A stretch of 64,000 nucleotides of DNA. Source: Octopus vulgaris. Taxonomy: Eukaryota. Position 1 is the first letter of the stretch. Every line of letters starts with the position of its first letter. This document shows, one piece after another, positions 42,280-55,910 of this stretch. The notes under the pieces were generated by a model. That model worked only from the letters and a program-made list of their open reading frames with translations. It was not told the DNA's origin and did no database searches. Location: the NCBI GenBank assembly GCA_951406725.2, contig OX597825.1:14942001-15006000 (forward strand). Direction: 5' to 3'. A program made the translations under genes and the position numbers.

Positions 42280-43245
42280 GGATCATAAAGAGCAAAAGGC
42301 AGCCCAAATCAATGAAAAGTCTTCAACTGCAGGTCAACAACATCGAAACCGACAGTAAAATAATGGGGTAAACCTAACTGTGACATATGTGTCAAACTCA
42401 TTGAGGTATCGGAATTCTCCTTGAAACAGGGTCAACGTTTTGCAATGAATAACAACTTCACATATGCATTGGAAAACCTAATATATGTACTAACTTGCTC
42501 AAGATGTCGAGAACGATATATTGGTCGAACTAAAAACAGTATACGCCAGAGGATGACGGTATATAGAACCCACATTAAAATACAGGAATACAGAAAAATA
42601 GGATTAAGCGACCACATGGATATTTGCGCCACAAACGAAATATCGAACTTAAGAGTTTTCCCCTCTATAAATTCAGGGACCGTGCAATCATTAATCTGAG
42701 CATTAACAATTCAGCATATTTCATCGCAAAATATAAATCTATTTTGAATGCTTCCGTCACAGCTGAAGCTACTACAAGAATTTAGAACAATTCCAACCAT
42801 TACAGCTACGACTAGAACAGGTCACTTTTAGGCCATTTGACCATTAAAGAAGATTCCACGAACAATATATTGTTTCACACCACTCCTGTATTTTCTTTTC
42901 TTTCTCCTTCTTCTTGTTTCCTTACTCTTACTTCTACATCTCCTTCTTCTTCTCCTCCACTTCCTCCTCTTTCTTCTTCTTCTTCCTGTTCTTCTTCTCC
43001 CCTCTCAGCTATTCCTGCCTAAACCATCAACTCTCTGTACTCATAAAACTATTTACATAAAACTGTTCACAAAAGAAGAGAAAGAGAGACAGATATTTGA
43101 AGATTATGAAAATATTTACAAAGCATTTCACTGAATTGTTTTTTTTCGTATTTTATCCTTAGCTGAAAAATCTAAGTGGGAAACCGGTACTAAAAGGTAC
43201 TTCCTGACAAAATTATTTTATAAACATCTTCTACGCTACAACTGT
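42280..43245 (+). mobile_element. Penelope-like element remnant: GIY-YIG endonuclease pseudogene (~42280-42750) and downstream terminal region
   Basis: GKPNCDIC..NFTYALENLIYVLTCSRCRERYIGRTKNSIRQRMTVYRTHI..LSDHMDIC; hammerhead-like motif at 43159-43193. Confidence 0.85.
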
Positions 43246-43248
43246 TTA

Positions 43249-43283
<35 letters not shown>

Positions 43284-43301
43284 CTTATTATATATATATA
43301 T

Positions 43302-43373
<72 letters not shown>

Positions 43374-43965
43374 TGGAATTATGTATGTGTGTGCGTACGC
43401 GTGTGCGCCTATCTCAGATGCGTGAGCGTCCTGGTGTTTTATTTTACACTACTCTTCAGAGCAAGAAATAGAAGGTAAAATGAACTTAAAATGACACCTA
43501 GCTTAAAGTACTTAGGTGTCTATTTTTCAGTTAGAGCGATTGGTTAATTCCTCTTTAGTACACTAAATGCTCAGTAATGTTAGGGAATATGATATATGTT
43601 TCTTCTTTTGTTTCTTCACTTCGAATACATATTATCGGATTTTGCTGTCAACTTCGTACGTTTGTCATTCAATTTGATAATTCGGTCATTTAAAGTCGCG
43701 AAAAATGTTAGCGCCGTGAAGTTACCCATTCGAATTCGTTTTAAGATTATTCAAGTTCGCGCTTCCATCAAAGCATATGGCATTGACATCATTCAAATTA
43801 AAATGCCCGTCGAGAGCATTCAAATTATTCACAGTGCATGGAAGCGTCTTTTCGGGCAATGAAATTCGCACGTAACCATTCGAGTTCGGAATAAATTGAT
43901 CAGTTTAGCAGTAACTTTACATGTGTAATTTATCTCATATTTTAAGAAGTGAATATTAACAATGA

Positions 43966-44288
43966 GAAGGCGCATGGCTTAGTGGTTAGGGCATTCGGCT
44001 GACGATTGTAAGGTCAGGAGTTCGATTCCCGGCGATGCGTTGTGTCCTTGAGCAAGACACTTTATTTCACGTTGCTCCAGTTCCACTCAGCTGGCAAAAA
44101 TGAGTTGTACCTGTTTCAAAGGGCCGGCATTGTCACACTTTATGTCACGCTGAATCTCCCTGAGAACTACGTTAAGGGTACTCGTGTCTGTGGATTGCTC
44201 GGTCACTTGCACGTTAATTCCACGAGCAAGCAGTTCCGTTGATCGTTTCAGCTGGGACCCTCGTCGTCGTAACCGACGGAGTGCTCCT
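43966..44288 (+). mobile_element. SINE family D, full length with perfect 12-bp TSD
   Basis: TSD tattaacaatga at 43954-43965 and 44289-44300; A-box tggcttagtgg, B-box gagttcgattccc, core tgtgtccttgagcaagacac. Confidence 0.93.
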
Positions 44289-44973
44289 TATTAACAATGA
44301 CAAATTTAAGTGGCATATATTGTCAAGTAAATAATATACTTCGTAATGGGGCAGCAGTTGTATGATATTTTTATCGAACATCCATAAAAAATCTTCGTTT
44401 AGTTATGGTTCACAGGAAAATGTTGATGCAATAATGTCACGAATTACTTGCCTACGTTAATCTTAAGATTTAAGAGAAATGGAAGTCGGAACTAATAGTT
44501 TAGCCACATCTAGTTTTAGATTCCATATTTTTTAATTGGAGGTTTCTAAGATACAGTATCTTCAAAGCAGTTGTTAGCTTGGGCTTTGTTATAGTTAGGG
44601 ACTGCTTTATCAAATGTTTCCTTTGAAGTGGAGTGATTAGATATTCTTTCATTAATGTTGGCTATCAGGTTTTTAAACATTATAGTGGGTAGACAGATCT
44701 GCTTGTGTATATATGTGTGTTTCTCATCTGGTTATTGACAGGAATGCGAGATCAAGACTCGTGGAACGCCATAGAAATCAATCTTGGACTGATTAGTGGT
44801 TATAGAAATGTTGAATCCTAATTGGTTATCGTGTTGTCACGGCATGAAACTATTGTTAGCTATTCTTTAAATACTGTGTATAATTAATTATATGATACTA
44901 CAAATAACCGAACAGAAGACTGCATATATAGACAGGTATATGTATATATATAAGTATATGTATATATATATAT

Positions 44974-45392
44974 TCTTTCTTTCTTTTGCTTGTTTCAGTC
45001 ATTTGACTGCGGCCATGCTGGAGCACCGCCTTTAGTCGAGGAGCAAATCGATCCCGGGACTTATTCTTTTGTCAGGCCAGTACTTATTCTATCGGTCTCT
45101 TTTGCCGAACCGCTAAGTGACGGGGACATAAACACACCAGCATCGGTTGTCAAGCAATGCTAGGGGGACAAACATATACACACAAACATATACACACACA
45201 CTTATATATATATATATATATATATACATATATACGACAGGCTTCTTTCAGTTTCCGTCTACCAAATCCACTCACAAGGCATTGGTCGGCCCGGGGCTAT
45301 AGCAGAAGACACTTGCCCAAGATGCCACGCAGTGGGACTGAACCCGGAACCATGTGGTTGGTTAGCAAGCTACTTACCACACCGCCACTCCT
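44974..45392 (-). mobile_element. SINE family A, near full length
   Basis: Closely matches 20013-20418. Confidence 0.93.
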
Positions 45393-45458
45393 AATATTTG
45401 GGAGTAAATCCAAACTTACAGGGAAAAATTAGATTTAGGATTAAATCTAATTTTATAG

Positions 45459-45526
<68 letters not shown>

Positions 45527-45531
<5 letters not shown>

Positions 45532-45686
45532 TTAGAGATAAAACCACTATTAGGCAAATCAAACAGTGAAAATCATAAACAATGCATAGAAATAAAATTA
45601 ATTAATAAAAAAATTTTTATTTCTATGTATTGGTTTATGATTTTCACTGTTTGATTTGCCTAATAGTGGTTTTATCTCTAATTTAA
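45527..45686. repeat. Fold-back inverted repeat (~72-bp arms) between (TA)n tracts
   Basis: ttaaattagagataaaaccactattaggcaaatcaaacagtgaaaatcataaac.. and its reverse complement, 2 differences. Confidence 0.95.
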
Positions 45687-45741
45687 TATAATATATATAT
45701 ATTTATATATATATATATATATGCATGTATATGTGCATGTA

Positions 45742-45778
<37 letters not shown>

Positions 45779-47806
45779 GTAATGATTGTGAATGTGTGAC
45801 GTATTGTCAAAGAGAAATCGAACTAGCATTGCATATTTGGTTCGTCGTAATTTTAACACGCTCAGATGTCATTCTTACATATATTACACCATCTAAAGAG
45901 ATTTCGATGAAATATGAAAACAATTTGATTCCTCTAGTTCCTTCAGCACTTTGTATATCACTAAATAATTCTCTTTCCATTATTGATTAGGTGTTAATTT
46001 TGCTTATTTCAGAGTTCAGCATAGATTATTTCACTACACCTTCAATTCGTTTTTTTTTTTTTCAACCAACAACAACCCCAACAAGGAAAGACTCATGCCA
46101 CTGCATTATTCATATCCTATTTCGCCATTCTTATCACGCGTTCACACAATTTGCGTGTTATTTGAAATTAGCAGGCCTCTAAATGATGTCAGCTCTTATA
46201 ACTCTCAAAACATTTCACACATAACTAGTAATTCTCACACACACATCAAATACTTCCCCAGCCTTTCCAGCACTTCTGCTTCTATATTGATTGACTGAAA
46301 CGCTTATTGGTAAAGTGTCATAAAATGAGAATCACACTCTCTTCATTTCACTTTCTAAGGGAGTGCTTCCTTTATTCTAGCCTATCTTATCAATTCTGCT
46401 CGTACAAATTTTTCATCACTAAACTATTACAAGTATATTGTATCGCGTTACTTAAACCTCACCAGTGTATCTTACATTTTGGCAGTCACAATTTTCTTAC
46501 ATATTTACGGTTTATATATGGTTCTGTGTATCTGCTGCATTCCCTGAAATTCTAGCTCCAAAATGTCTTGGTCTTTTCTTCACATTCATAATAGACTTTA
46601 CAAAAAAGACTAGCTAATACCTGTATTTGCTTGAGAACGTATTCCAATTATTCCCTATAACTATCACGGGCACTAAACAGAACGTGATTAAAATGAACAT
46701 TTCTTTGTCGGGCGGACTAGATTTATTATCTTTGCTTGCAATAAATTACACTTTCCTACAAGCATTCAACAGCAATATTGTCTTGCTAAACCATAAAGAT
46801 GGCGGTAGATGTTTTGCAGCAAATCCTGCAGGTGCATTAAATTATTGGGCTTTTACTTCAACGTTCCGTTTCTGAAACCTATCAAGTAATCAAGGAACAT
46901 TACTTGTAGGCAAGTGCTGCGCTGTCCTAGGAAAAGGCAAAAAATAAAAAGGCACAGCAGCAAAGCACCGAATCTAACAACATTATCAGAGCTTAGAAGT
47001 GAATGAAAATAGATATGCATAAAAATCAAGTTTGCATATGAATCTATACACGAACTGCAGTATATACATGCACGTGAATGCACACATATATAGGCAATAC
47101 AAGGGAAAGTAGGACACATATATGCAGTCATATCTGTTTGAAATCTGTGTCTGTATACACGAGCGTATGTATGAGATATTCGTGTGTAGATATATGTTAT
47201 TACTTAGATGTATCTAGATTAAAGTTTACTGAAACTTACAAATAAATGAAACGTGTTATTCTTCTCAACTCTGCCTTTTGTTGGCAGGCAACATCTTATA
47301 ATATTTCTATGCAAAATATTATTTAATTCTCAAAGCAAACTATTCTTAATAGGAAATATGTTTGTTTCTACATTCTTTCAAAGTCATTTTGAAATACATA
47401 TTGCAATTTCCGTGTAGTGAAATATTCTAAAGATATGAATATAATTCTAGAATAGCTATGCAATATTTCTTTATATAAAAGGTTTAATTTCATTTCCTAC
47501 ACCCCCAAATGAATTTCTAAAATATTTCTCACCGATTTATTATTTAAGAGAGAAGAAAAAGGAACCTTTTTTTCAAAATCAGCAATAAATATATAATGTA
47601 TTTTTTTCATTCTACTTCTAACAAAAATTATTTTGAAAAATCGAAATTTTCGCATGGAAATATATATGAATGCATGTATTATATTATGTATGCAAATATA
47701 TTTAACTGTGTATATATTTGTGTACATATGCTTGTGTGTGTATTTGCGCGTGCGTGAAGCAGAGAGCATGTAGATGTTCAATACATGCATATATACAAAT
47801 ATAATG

Positions 47807-47807
<1 letters not shown>

Positions 47808-47848
<41 letters not shown>

Positions 47849-48920
47849 GTGTGTGTGTTTGTGTGTATGTATGTATATGTATGTATGTGTGTGTGTATGT
47901 TTGTATGTATATGTATGTGTGTATGTATGTATGTATGTATGTATATATGTATGTATGTATATATGTATGTATGTATAAATGTATATATGCATTTGCGTGT
48001 GTATGTGCTGTATGAAAGAAACATACAAACACGCTTTTGAATTTAATATGAACGGAAATATATATTTGTTTTGTCAAGAACAATGACCTTACATAAATAT
48101 AACTGTATACACATTTTCGTGATATTGTTTCTCTCTGAATAAGAGTATGTGTGTGTATTTGCGTGACTGTATGTGTGTTCGTGTGTGTGCATTTGTATAT
48201 TTGTGTGTGTGTATGTTCCAATTTTTATTTGCTTATACGTGTACGTACGTATGCTTGTGTGTGCATATTATCAGATGTGTGATTCTATTGGCAAATATTT
48301 GAAATTCAAAAGTAATTTAAGTGACAAACTCTTTCTATGAGAAACCAATAATGAGAAGCTCAATGATACGGCATGAAAAGCTATTGAGAGTTTTGCTGTA
48401 TATATTCTTATGTTCCTACAAGATTTTCAATCGTTTTCCTGGCGACCTGAGATACTTCCTCTTTCAGATGCTCTATGTGAATTTACAGCTCTTCACAAGC
48501 GCACGCGTACTTATGTATTACTCTTAATTCTTTTTCCCTTGTTTTTGTGCGTGTCTATATACAAATATATATATACATAATTCTTTATGTATTGATATAG
48601 TTAGGTAAGTAGGTAGGTAGGTAGGTAGATAGACAGACAGGTGGGCAGATAGATAGATACGTAGATAGACAGATATATATATATATATATATATATGTTG
48701 AGAGAGAGAGAGAGAGAGAGATAGATAGATGGATAGATAGGTAGGTAGGTAGATAGGTAGGTAGGTAGGTATATAGGTAGGTAGGTAGGTAGGTAGGTAG
48801 GTAGGTAGGTAGGTAGGTAGGTAGGTAGGTAGGTAGGCAGGTAGTGAGCTGGATAGACCGACAGACAGACAGATAGATAGATATATAGATAGACAGATAG
48901 ATAGCTTGATAGATAGATTA

Positions 48921-48956
<36 letters not shown>

Positions 48957-49020
48957 GTAATTATGTAGTTAGGTAGGTAGATAGATAGATATATAGATAT
49001 ATAGATAAATATATATATAT

Positions 49021-49110
<90 letters not shown>
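47808..49110. repeat. (TA)/(TATG) field (47808-48000) and (TAGG)n/(TAGA)n tetranucleotide field (48600-49110)
   Basis: Seen directly. Confidence 0.95.
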
Positions 49111-49111
<1 letters not shown>

Positions 49112-49633
49112 TGCGCATAAGTAAACATACATAGAGATAAAGAGATAAGTAGAGAGATTTACATTCATATACATTCATAACAATCATATACATATATGAA
49201 TTTATTTGACCATCCAAACTGTGGATAGAAATACATGAGCACTAAGTATCGCGCTCGCTGAATTACTTAATTCTTCCATTCCTTTGTAAAATATTTTATA
49301 CGCATCCATAAATCATCTCTTTTATTTCCAATACCCATATTATTTATCTGTTTTGTATACAGTAAGATATTTTCCGTCTCGTTTTCTTGCCTGTTTCTAT
49401 ATGTTAATACATAGCTTTCTTTGTTACTATTACATAGCTACAACTCACCCCACTCACTCAAGTTATATACGAGCAGGTTATCTCTCATTCTTTACATACG
49501 AGTTTCCAGTTCGCCTGGACGCTATCTTCTACTTAACTATACATTTCCGTACAAGCTACTAGTCCTAGGTTTCTCACACTTCAGTTTATATATTCTTTTG
49601 TAGATAACAGTGTTTCTGCGTTCTTTCTATATT

Positions 49634-49690
<57 letters not shown>

Positions 49691-49711
49691 TACACACACA
49701 CACATAAATAA

Positions 49712-49870
49712 TAGGTGTGGATGTCTGGTAAGGACCTTCGTTCTGAGCTACAAGCGCTCGGGTTCCATTTCACTCAGTGGCATCTTGGTCAAGAGTTTTC
49801 TATTATTGCCTCGGGCTGACCAAAACCTTGTGAATGGAATTGGTAGAGGAAAACAAAAAGGCCATCGTAT
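49712..49870 (+). mobile_element. Degenerate SINE A 5' half
   Basis: ctggtaagg..cgggttccatttcactcagtggcatcttggtcaagag..ccttgtgaatggaattggtagaggaaaac. Confidence 0.7.
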
Positions 49871-49960
49871 ATATGGTGAGAATTTGCCAAAGACAAAGGA
49901 ATACGTTTCTCGACAGCACATGCTATATAGGAGTGTTTGTATATATACATACATACACAC

Positions 49961-50024
<64 letters not shown>

Positions 50025-50108
50025 CATCCCACAAAAAAAGCTCTTCCTTGTAATTTGTCCCATCTGTGTGCAGCCCTGTGTGGCCAATAAAGAAACATAT
50101 ATATATAC

Positions 50109-50297
50109 GGAGAATTCACAAAAAAAAACAAAAGACGAAGACAGGTGGTGTAAACAACACACATATGTATTAGTATAACACTAGGAAAGTGAAAAAGTCT
50201 TTAACGTTTCGAGCCTACGCTCTTCCACAGAAAAGAACACAGAAAGAAACAAGGAGAGAAAAAAATGTGTGTAGTGGCTAACGATCTATCATGGCGA

Positions 50298-50300
<3 letters not shown>
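50109..50300 (-). mobile_element. PLE-type terminal repeat with hammerhead-like motif (copy 2), between (TA)n tracts
   Basis: ggagaattcacaaaaaaa..gaaaaagtctttaacgtttcgagcctacgctcttc as at 36292-36465. Confidence 0.6.
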
Positions 50301-50355
<55 letters not shown>

Positions 50356-50364
50356 TAGATAGAT

Positions 50365-50424
<60 letters not shown>

Positions 50425-50566
50425 ATATATGTATTTATGCAGGTATGTGTGTGTGTATGTATGTATATATATATATATATATATATGATATAACTTTCAT
50501 AGTTTTCATTGTAATTGTACTTGTCTTTGTAATATTCATTTCTTCTGTATATATGATTCATCTTAC

Positions 50567-50778
50567 GGCGATGAGCTGATAGAATCTTTAGCCTGATATG
50601 CATAATGCTTAGCAGCATTTCGTCCTTCCTTACGTTCTGAGCTGAAATTCCTTCAGGGTCGACATTGTCTTTCATCCTTTTGAGATCGATAAAATAAGAA
50701 CTAATTGACCACTGGTTTCGCTGCAATCGGCTTACACCCTCCCCTGAACACGCTGGCCTTATGCCAAACTTTAAAACC
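50567..50778 (+). mobile_element. Old SINE B variant
   Basis: ggcgatgagctg..atgcttagcagcatttcgtcc..ttacgttctgag..tttcatcctttt..ccctcccctgaa..gctggccttatgccaaa. Confidence 0.75.
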
Positions 50779-51494
50779 ATTATCAAAGATTCATCTCATT
50801 ACTTTCATGTTCTTTCTAAGTTCTTAACTACCATTTCAGCGTCACCCTATTGAGCATACAGGGACACAAACAAGAAAATGAAGTAGGCTAGCCCAATACG
50901 TAAATATAGAGGGAGAAGTCTAGACGTCAGACACAGTAGAGAGTAGCAGTCAACGTAGAGTAGAAGGCATCCGAACTTGCGACATAAGTGTTAGAGTAAT
51001 CTTTTACGTCTGTACAGAGAATGGGTAGAATTTGAAATTGTCTGGAAGCCTCGGTTTATGAGAATAAATTCGAAAAACATATTTTTCATTTGATTTTCTG
51101 AACAGTATGGATCTAGAAATCCACTATCTTCTTCAACGATAAGAAAGCTCATTTGAACAAGTCTTCAAAACAATAAATATATAACTGTGTGGGGGCTTTT
51201 GTGTCCGTTTTGCTTGTTTGCTACGGGTATATATGTGTGTGCATGCGCCTATGTGTGGATGTACATGTGTGTGTACATGTGTGCGTACCTGTGTGTGTGT
51301 GTCTATGTGTACAAGTTTGTCTGTGAGTTTGTGTAAGTGTGTGTGTGTGTGTGTGTTTCTGTTACTGTGTAAGAAACTAACTAGTTATTCTCAAAATTTA
51401 ATATTGCCCAATGTTGTCATCTTGAATCAACAGCGCTATCGATTTTTCAAATCTGTAAATATAGATTTCAACACAATGCAAGCTCACTCCGTTT

Positions 51495-51810
51495 TCTTTC
51501 TTCTTCTTCCTCTTCTTCTTCTTCATCTTCTTCTTCTTCTTCTTCTTCTTCTTCTTCTTCTTCATCTTCTTCTTTTTCTTCTTCTTCTTCTTCTTCTTCT
51601 TCTTCTTCTTTTTCTTCTTCTTCTTCTTCTCCTCCTCCTCCTCCTCCTTCTTCTTCTTTTCCACTTCCTCTTCTTCTTCTTCTTCTTCTTCGTCTCCTCC
51701 TCCTCCTTCTTCTTTTTCTTCTTCTCCTTGTTCTTCCTCTGGTCTAGTCTTTTTCTTTTTTCTTCCTTTATTTCCTCTTTCTTCTTCTGTTTTTTCTTCC
51801 TCTTCTTCTC
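51495..51810. repeat. (CTT)n/(CCT)n pyrimidine tract
   Basis: Seen directly. Confidence 0.95.
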
Positions 51811-51963
51811 TAAATGTATCTCCTTCACTATTCTTGTCTCCTTAATAGTCTCCTTCTTAGACTTTTCACTAGGTTTCGAAAACAATTATTTACCACATCC
51901 CACATATATTCCATATTTTGATACACATTATTATCATTAAAATGGAGGTAAATATTATTTTCA

Positions 51964-52055
<92 letters not shown>

Positions 52056-54299
52056 TATATATGCATGTATATGTGTATATATACACGTATGCATGTGTAC
52101 ATATATTCATATATATATATATATAATATTGTTTTGCTTTCATCAATAACCGTATGCGAGCAACTATGTGTGTTTGCATATTCATATAAACTGTGGGAGT
52201 AAGTGGCTCTCAGATTTGCAGTACATGTTATTCAACATAAACTTCACAAATATGAACATTCATTTTATTGAGAAAAATCTTTATGTAAGCAGCGGATATG
52301 GTAAGAATTATACGCACAGGTTATCTAATTCATATTCTCATCTGTTGATGATTGGTATCCATTAAATGCAATGCCAATATTTGTACCTTAAACTCAAGAA
52401 TATGATTACTAAAACATTGAGCTTGTGTATGACTATAAAGTCAGATCATTGAAAATCCTTATTACATTGAGCTTGATGCAAATGACCTTCAACACTAGTT
52501 TGGCAAAATCCATTGAGAACTAAATAAAACATCTTCAGATTAACAATATATGTTAGCGACAGAGGCGGCATTAATACACTGAGTTAATATTTATCCACAC
52601 TTCTACGTGTATGTTCTGTGAGAACTAACTACACTGCGATAGATATGAGAATTTCTCTCCTGATGTCCACCGCAGTATAGTGTGTTCTGACAGGATATTC
52701 GGGTATAGTTGGGGATAACTATTCCCTCTGAAATGAGAAAATCCGTCGGCTTCTAAATGTTCGGTTCTTATTGACTTCAGAACTGATACAACATTTCGCA
52801 TTGAAGTATCTGGCTTATGTTGATTTTATTACCATCCATATTTGTGACTCTGTAAGCTTAAGTAAGAAATTAATATAAATTATAACGATGATTATACCGC
52901 AATCAACAAACATCGAAATAGTACCGGTCATGTGAACGCATTCACTTTCAGCAGTGCTGCTATCAGAAAACGAGACTGCAGTTTACACGAAAAGTTTACA
53001 CGATTGATCGGCGTAAATTCCCCCATGGCCCACAGTCATAAATCATATTGTCTCTTGTTTCTGCTCTTCCTACAGTTACGATAAGAGACGAATTTTCAGA
53101 AAGAGCTAGACTTATACCTCGTCTACTAGAGTTTTTTCCGCTCATTTCGTCTTTCCTCGTATCACTCTTCATATGTTCGATTTGCCACGTTACTTATTAA
53201 ACATTACAGGTAGTTTTTTCTCCCTATGTCGGTTATTTATAATATTGACACAACCCATGTCTATTTCGCATGGGTTCACTTACTACTGATATACTTCTAA
53301 TGGTGGTACTCCAGTATGTACGTAGCTCTCGAGCAGAAACAAGTAAAAGAATAATAGATTAGCGATTACATGAATCTCACTGCTCTACGAAGGCTTGCGA
53401 AGGTTAGTAGCACAACACCTTTTCTAACTGTCCAATAATTTAGACCTGGAGATCTCCATTTCCAGCGACTGCGACGGCCACCTCCCAGTGGTATCGGGCG
53501 TCAACGAAGAGACCTCGACTACAACAAGACGACCAAATTTTTTTTTCCAAGGTCTGGGATCCCCCGCTCCTAAGCCCTAGACCATCACCTAATCACCCTT
53601 ACCCATCTTGTTGCTTAACAACAACAGCAACACCTTTTACATACCCGGAAACTAAAATCATAATAAAATAGTAACCGAATCAGCTGTTTCGTGTGAAGTT
53701 TCAACTCTGATACTGCGTAAAACTGTTGCGTAATATTGCCCAGCCACTGTAATGCTCTTATCACAAGTTAGACTCCAGCAGAATGGCAAGAGTTACCATT
53801 ATCTAACAGTTGAAAGCATTTCAAGATAGTAACAAAAATTGTATATGAGAATTAAAATTCAGAAGCGTTCTAAAAGAATTGATAAAGCAACAAAGTTGTC
53901 AAAATATCTGGAGTCTGAATGCAATTATCAAAATCTAAAATGTGTAATAACATTATAAATTTAATATTCCCAAATTAGAAATTGAAATGATTTGAAATAA
54001 AAAAAAAATAGTTTGTGATATAACTGTCACCGTGGAAGTCAAATTGATTTTGTGTCTAAAAGGTGTGTGGGGGAGAAATTAAGCTAGTTTATTGTTGAAG
54101 AACATCCCAAGATATTTGCCAAATTTAATTGAATTCATTGGTCACTAGAAATAATTAATTCTGTTTATTAGTTAATACATCATCGTTATTGTCAGTGGCA
54201 ACAGCATTATCAACTTTCTTGCCCTTATCCTCATCTTCATTATCATCAAAATAATCATCATCATTTGAATGTACTAATATTACGATGATTCGTATTCAT

Positions 54300-54777
<478 letters not shown>

Positions 54778-55175
54778 TGAAAACCCACAGCTTATTTTGT
54801 GGGGTGTGATGGAAAATATCAGCTGTCCACAGCCAGCAGACTAAGGTGATGCTTGTTTACTGGTCATGCTTGAAGAACCTTGCAAAGAATTCTTGCGGTT
54901 CAAAGCAATGCTGATTTTTGTAGTTGCTCCACCTTCACACTTGCACAGACTTTTTCAGCCATGTGGTACATAAGTGTTGATACTTGCAAGTTTCACCAAT
55001 TACTATTAGTATCAAGTCTACTCTATTCATTGACTGCAGCCTTCGTATTTCCCACTTCGAATCATCATAGTTGATTCATTTTTCTTCTTTCACATTTATC
55101 ATTTTGTCACCGGGGCATGCAATATCGATTATCATAAATGTTCTGTCTTTTTTTATTCACGACAACAATATTATG
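54778..55175 (-). mobile_element. R4/Dong-like LINE 3' end (restriction-like endonuclease C-terminus and 3'UTR)
   Basis: Minus translation NIVVVNKKDRTFMIIDIACPGD..KWEIRRL..LIVIG..VEQLQKSALL*TARILCKVLQA* (stop at 54864-54866); 3' end abuts (TAA)n. Confidence 0.82.
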
Positions 55176-55292
55176 ATATTGTTGGTGCAGTGTCAGGTAT
55201 ATGAGACCTGATCTGCTGCAAATTTCCTATATGTTTGTAAAATATTATCTTCGGTAGATGAATGCCTTGACATTTAAAATATAAGCACATAT

Positions 55293-55378
<86 letters not shown>

Positions 55379-55402
55379 CTGCTTCTGCTGCTACTACTAC
55401 TG

Positions 55403-55437
<35 letters not shown>

Positions 55438-55480
55438 GCTGCTGCTGCTACTGCTGCTGCCATTACTGCCACTACTACTA

Positions 55481-55512
<32 letters not shown>

Positions 55513-55728
55513 ACTGCTGCTGCTGAGGATGATGATGATGATGATGATACTGCTGCTGCCATTACTGCTGCTGCTGCTAATACTAGTGCTACTACTGCTA
55601 CTAGTACAAATACGACTACCCCTATTGCTACTACTACTATTGCCACGATAGTTGAAACTACTACTATTACTACCTCTACCACTGCCCCTGCTACTGCTGC
55701 CGCAGCTGCACTACTACTACTACTGCTG

Positions 55729-55760
<32 letters not shown>

Positions 55761-55767
55761 GCTGTTG

Positions 55768-55803
<36 letters not shown>

Positions 55804-55910
55804 AAATCACTACTACAATTAATATTATTACGCGTACTACAACAACTTCTGCTATTACTGCTACTACTCTTATTACCACGACTATTACTACTAATACTAC
55901 TGCTACTACA
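55293..55910. repeat. Compound (CTA)/(GTA)/(CTG)/(GAT) trinucleotide field
   Basis: Seen directly. Confidence 0.95.

Noticed and set aside
43600-43890. CpG-rich stretch with coding-like appearance
   Set aside because: Minus frame has several stops and I recognise no motif in the frames I read
43966-44040. tRNA gene candidates at A/B-box motifs
   Set aside because: They are SINE heads continuing into core and tail, often with TSDs; no complete cloverleaf seen
46799-46831. Possible start exon aagATGgcg..cag|gtgcat (MAVDVLQQILQ)
   Set aside because: Only 11 codons with a weak donor; expected by chance
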